Source: a virus (lineage: Duplodnaviria; Caudoviricetes). Taken from it: 37,918 bases of DNA. The translations under genes and the position numbers were made by a program. Below are positions 37,042-37,918 of the stretch, piece after piece; position 1 is the stretch's first letter, and each line of letters opens with the position of its first letter. Location: positions 1 to 37,918 of the IMG/VR virus record IMGVR_UViG_3300005077_000050; one strand, written 5' to 3'. Below the pieces are notes generated by a model. That model saw nothing but the letters and a program-made list of their open reading frames with translations, ran no database searches and was not told where the DNA came from.

Positions 37042-37072
37042 CAAAGATAAAAAAGATTTTCAACATTCCAAA
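37042..37072 (-). promoter_or_regulatory. Bacteroidetes primary-sigma promoter driving the early arm
   Basis: Minus strand TTTG (37072-37069) - 19 nt - TATCTTTG (37049-37042) matches the -33/-7 consensus TTTG-N19-21-TAnnTTTG. Confidence 0.85.
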
Positions 37073-37268
37073 TAGAATCACAACGTTTTTTCAATCTACT
37101 TTGAGGCAGGATAAAAGCAAAAAACAAAAAATGTTAAATAGATTTTGTTCTATGCTATAAAGGTTATATTTGTAACTTGTTGAGGCTTAACACGATACAA
37201 CGGTTCGTGTGTTGCCATGATTTTAAACCCCATAATGTAGGCGGGGCAAGGGTTTGCGGGTTTTGCCT

Positions 37269-37587
37269 GTTGCTATGAATCGGGTTTTGTTGCTATGATG
37301 TTGCTATAAAACTCACTGATTCACAGTATTTTAACCTGTTTTGTTGCTATGTTGCTATGAATTGCATAAACACTTTTTAGAAAAAAAGGGAAGTCAAAAA
37401 TTTTTTACGGTCTGAAATATTGCAAAAACAAGGCAACAAGAACGTTTTAAGGCATGGTAAAACTCTGATTCCCAATCTTTTAGGCTTGAAAATCATAGCA
37501 ACCTTTTTTCTGTTGCTATGAAAAAAAATTATAAGCGTGCAACCTCTGTAATTTACTGGTTTACAGTGGTTTAACCCTGTTGCTATA
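37269..37587. repeat. Cluster of GTTGCTAT(G/A) repeats, seven direct and one inverted
   Basis: Direct copies at 37269, 37289, 37300, 37343, 37351, 37512 and 37579; inverted CATAGCAAC at 37494; non-coding region. Confidence 0.85.
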
Positions 37588-37918
37588 AACTTTGTTTAAG
37601 GCAACAAACCAGTTCCTAACGGTACAAAAGGTATAACATTTTTAATTAACTCATAATCAATAACTTAGTTTTTAACATAATATTTTAAAAAACATGTTGC
37701 AAAACATATCAATTTTATGTTAAGCAGTAAGTATTTAATAATCAGTTAATTACAAGGGTGTTTATTTAACATAAAATTTTGTTTAACGTTTTGTAATTTA
37801 CGTTTATGGTATGCCTCGCAGCCCCGAAATATCTACGTAAGTACAGAAACGTTTAATTGTTGCACCGTTGTATAGTGTAAACTGGTCTTAATCAATCAGT
37901 TAGCTTGTCGAATCGTCG

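Noticed and set aside
21525-37050. Plus-strand ORFs under the early arm (e.g. 25050-25433, 27111-27533, 36664-37050)
   Set aside because: Antisense shadows of supported - strand genes.
37144-37172. Possible rightward promoter TTTG...TATATTTG
   Set aside because: The spacer is 17 nt, shorter than the usual 19-21, and no ORF follows within the window; not excluded as a late or non-coding promoter but too weak to call.

Overview
The window looks like a near-complete ~38 kb genome of a tailed phage with a contractile tail (myovirus type). The host is probably a Bacteroidota: there is a TTTG-N19-TAnnTTTG promoter, translation starts are A-rich without Shine-Dalgarno sequences, and several structural genes resemble Bacteroidetes-type families. 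Two gene arms converge on a bidirectional terminator at ~20.92-20.96 kb. The + arm (308-20918) is the late/structural operon: terminase, Mu-like head and neck genes, a protease-scaffold-capsid fusion, sheath, tube, a chaperone with a -1 frameshift, tape measure, baseplate, and a lysis cassette. The - arm (36980-20962) holds early and replication genes: Rad50-like ATPase, MBL-fold hydrolase, SSB, family A DNA polymerase, primase/VirE helicase, VRR-NUC, SNF2 helicase and many small unknown ORFs. I recognised no integrase, transposase, repressor, methyltransferase, CRISPR array or complete tRNA. The most striking unexplained signals are: (1) four 46-nt intergenic tRNA-like elements on the early strand, three of them a family with compensatory base changes; (2) a strong excess of the palindrome ACGT in all reading frames in the stretches I counted, with near absence of GATC; (3) a repeat-rich non-coding terminal region. 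All product calls come from motif recognition and gene order only; no database search was run and all counts are by hand.
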